Origin: Anthoceros angustus
Taxonomy: Eukaryota; Plantae; Anthocerotophyta
Reading direction: 5' to 3'
Length of the DNA stretch: 64,000 nt
Assembly (NCBI GenBank): GCA_010909165.1
Contig: VJWM01000044.1
Coordinates: 992,001-1,056,000, forward strand
Shown here: positions 61,061-64,000 of the stretch, piece by piece
Layout: every line of letters begins with the position of its first letter
Position numbering within the stretch: the first letter of the stretch is position 1
Position numbers and translations under genes: made by a program
The notes under the pieces: model-generated
Database searches by the model: none
What the model saw: the letters and a program-made list of their open reading frames with translations, nothing else
What the model was told of the DNA's origin: nothing

Positions 61061-63816
61061 ATGGCGATGGCGATGGCCCCGGGGGCCTTGCTCCCATTAC
61101 CGAGAGCGGCTCCCGCATTGGAGAAGCCATCGCCATGGCGGGCGGGTCTCTCCTGCGGCTGCACATCGCCGGCGGCGGCGGCGCCGTCTTTGCTTGCGTG
61201 CGCGGAGGAGTGGCATGGACGGCGGCGGCGGGCAGCGCGTTGGAGAGGAGGGGGCGCTGCAGGGCGGGGAGGAGGTCGGGGCCGGGATTCCAGGACGATG
61301 ATGGAATGGAGGCGTACAGGGACCCGGCGGATGTGGAGCCGCCGGAGGCGGGCGAGGAGGAGGAGGAGGGGTTAACGGCGTTCGAGCGGGTGACGCGGGA
61401 GGCGCGGCGGGCCAGGAAGCGGGAGGAGGAGAAGTACAAGGGGATGAAGCCGGTGTTTATGCAGGCGATCGGGCTGGATGAGGACGGGAACGAGCTCGGG
61501 AACGGGGCGGCGGGGGAGGAGGAGGACGAGGAGGAGGATCAGCGGGGGAGGGAGATTGTGCGGGTGGACGGGGATGCGTACAGCAAGGTGAAGGATGCCA
61601 GGAGAGTGAAGCCGCCGCGGGGAAGCAGGCGAGGCTGGAGGTGGAAGAGGACGGGGAGGGATTGAGGAGGAGGAAGAGGAGGAGGAGGAGGAGGAGGAGG
61701 AGGAGGAGGATCTGCTGGAGGTGGAGGAGCTGGATCTGAGGAGGTCGTTGCGCGCGGACGCGTCCTTCGATCTGGAGCTAGGGCAAGAAGGGGAGGAGGA
61801 GGAGGAGGTGATGGCAGAGCCGGCGTACCGGATGAGCCTCGGGGAGCTGCTGGACGAGGCGCGGGTGACGGCGGTGTCGGTGGAGGGGGATCTGGATGTG
61901 GAGGTCACCGGCATCCAGCACGACTCGCGGGAAGTGGAGCCCGGGGACATTTTCGTGTGCTGCACGGGGCTGTCGGCGGACGGGCATGCGTTCACCGCTC
62001 AGGCGGTGGAGCGGGGGGCGATCGTGATCGTGGCGGCGCGGGAGGTGAGCGTGGCCGTGGGTACTGTGAAGGCGGTGGTTGTGGTGGAGGACACCAACGG
62101 GGTGCTGTCTGCCCTAGCCGGCGCCTTCTACTCGCATCCCTCCAGGAAGCTGAGCGTGGTAGGGATTACAGGGACGAACGGGAAGACGACGACGTCGTAT
62201 CTGTTGCGAAGCATGTACGAGTCCATGGGGATGAGGACCGGGCTGCTCGGTACTATCAGCTACTACATCAACGCGAGGAGAAAGCTGGAGGCTCCGAACA
62301 CCACTCCAGACGCGGTCTACTTGCAGAAGCTCATGGCAAGTATGGTGCATTACGGGTCCGAGGTCTGTGTGATGGAGGTTTCATCGCACGCGCTGGCGCT
62401 GGGGAGGTGCACGGATGTGGATTTCGATGTGGCTGTGTTCACGAATCTTACCAGGGACCATATGGATTTCCATGGCAGCATGGAGGAGTACCGGGAGGCC
62501 AAGGCTAAGTTGTTTGACAAGATGGTGGACCCGAAGCGGCACCGGAAGGTGGTGAACGTCGACGACCCTAATGCCGGGTTCTTTATGGCCAGGGGCGGGG
62601 CGGATGTGCCTGTGGTGACCTTCGGGCAGGAGAACAGCGGCGCGGATGTGTTTCCGTTGGAGGTGCAGCTGACTCTGTTTGAGACCGACCTCTTGGTGAG
62701 GACGCCTAAGGGGAATGTGGAGATCTCGTCCGGGCTGTTGGGGCGGCACAATGTATATAACATTCTTGCGGCTGTGGCTGTGGGGATCGCCGTGGGCGTG
62801 CCGTTGGAGGATATTGTGCGCGGGATCGAGGAGGTGGATGCTGTGCCCGGAAGGTGCGAGCTTATTGATGAGGAGCAGGCGTTTGCTGTGGTTGTGGATT
62901 ACGCACACACGCCGGACGCTCTGTCCAGGCTGCTGGACACGATCAGGGAGTGTGGGCCCCGTCGGATTATCACAGGTACTACTTGCTAGTAGCTAGGGTT
63001 GCTCCAAACCATTGCTGCCGCCGTTGCTGCTGGTGATTGAAGTAGTGGAGCTGCCTTCTTTTGGGATGTTGCAGTGGTGGGCTGCGGAGGGGATCGGGAC
63101 CGAGGGAAGCGGCCTATGATGGCCAAGATCGCCACTGACAAGAGCGACGTCACCATTATCACGTCCGACAACCCTCGAACTGAGGATCCTCGTAAGACTT
63201 GCTGGCTTGCCTGCCTCAGTCATTTTTCCCGACCGTCTTGGCGAAGCATGAGCGTCATATGGAAGAGGGATGGGCTGACCCGACCCTGAACCGTGTGGCT
63301 GCAGTGGACATTATCGATGATATGCTGGCGGGAGTTGGGTGGTCGGTGGAGGAGTATTGCGAGTGGGGGGAGAAGGACTACTATCCTCCCCTCCCAAACG
63401 GCCACAGACTGTTTGTGTATGACATCCGGTGCATAGCTGTCCGAGCTGCCGTTGCCATGGGAGAGGAAGGCGATGCCGTGGTAAGCTATCTGCTCTACTA
63501 CAAAGCCTAGCAGCAGGAGGCAGCGAGCAGCGCTTTATTGATAGTCATCTGTGGGTGTCTATGCAGGTGATAGCCGGCAAAGGCCACGAGACATACCAAA
63601 TCGTAGGCAAGGAGAAGCAGTACTTCGACGACAGGGAAGAATGCCGAGAAGCTCTGCAGCACGTGGACGCTTTGCACGCGGCTGGTGTGGACACCAGTGA
63701 GTTTCCCTGGAGGTGAGTTAGGTTTCACTCATCACCATACGTCTCACTATCTTCCCAAGCTAGGGTTCGCTGACTTTCTGGTGCATCCTTTTCACAGAGT
63801 GCTTGAGAGCGTGTAA
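61061..63816 (+). CDS. MurE: Plastid MurE (UDP-MurNAc-tripeptide ligase homolog, long form)
   Basis: Exon 1 runs 61061-62975 with three apparent 1-nt deletions in G-rich runs; further exons 63075-63191, 63305-63480, 63567-63712 and probably 63798-63816. Motifs [58 protein letters not shown] and DTSEFPWR. Confidence 0.95.
61664..61707 (+). repeat. (GAG)n triplet repeat encoding poly-Glu in the MurE N-terminal extension
   Basis: About 14 GAG/GAA triplets in a row. Confidence 0.9.
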
Positions 63817-64000
63817 ACGTGGGCCATCCTAAAGCAGCGCGTCCCCTGCGCGTGGCAAGCATGGGAGAGATCAGCATTAAGTAAGTACGATGCTCGTGCT
63901 AACTGATTTCAGTTGCAACATTTGTGGGCGGCCCCACCCACCGTTAGCTTCCTGTCTCGCAGGCTCCCGGGCTCAACACGCAGTGTCATAACGTATGGGC

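Overview
Eukaryotic plant nuclear DNA with GT-AG introns of about 80-330 bp and compact gene spacing. A DYW:KP-type PPR protein together with the small introns points to a hornwort-like genome; this is inference, since DYW:KP also occurs in ferns and some lycophytes. Genes recognised: casein kinase I (+), an intronless IFRD-family gene (-), a DUF1350 gene (-) head-to-head with mitochondrial carrier PUMP3/UCP3 (+), NAL1-like trypsin protease (-), RECQL3 helicase (-) needing 8-nt and 4-nt microexons, CURT1A (+), an LRR receptor-like protein (+), a processed FY/WDR33 pseudogene (-), a PLS-class PPR-DYW:KP editing factor (-), a P450 fragment, SEC23A (-) and MurE (+). Positions 11.2-28.6 kb form a GC-rich 17.4-kb block bounded by short terminal inverted repeats. 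It encloses an 8.6-kb foldback-like unit with 1.2-1.5-kb modular inverted arms and very decayed MULE-like coding remnants. Three GC-rich genes carry single-base deletions in homopolymer-rich runs, most likely long-read assembly errors.
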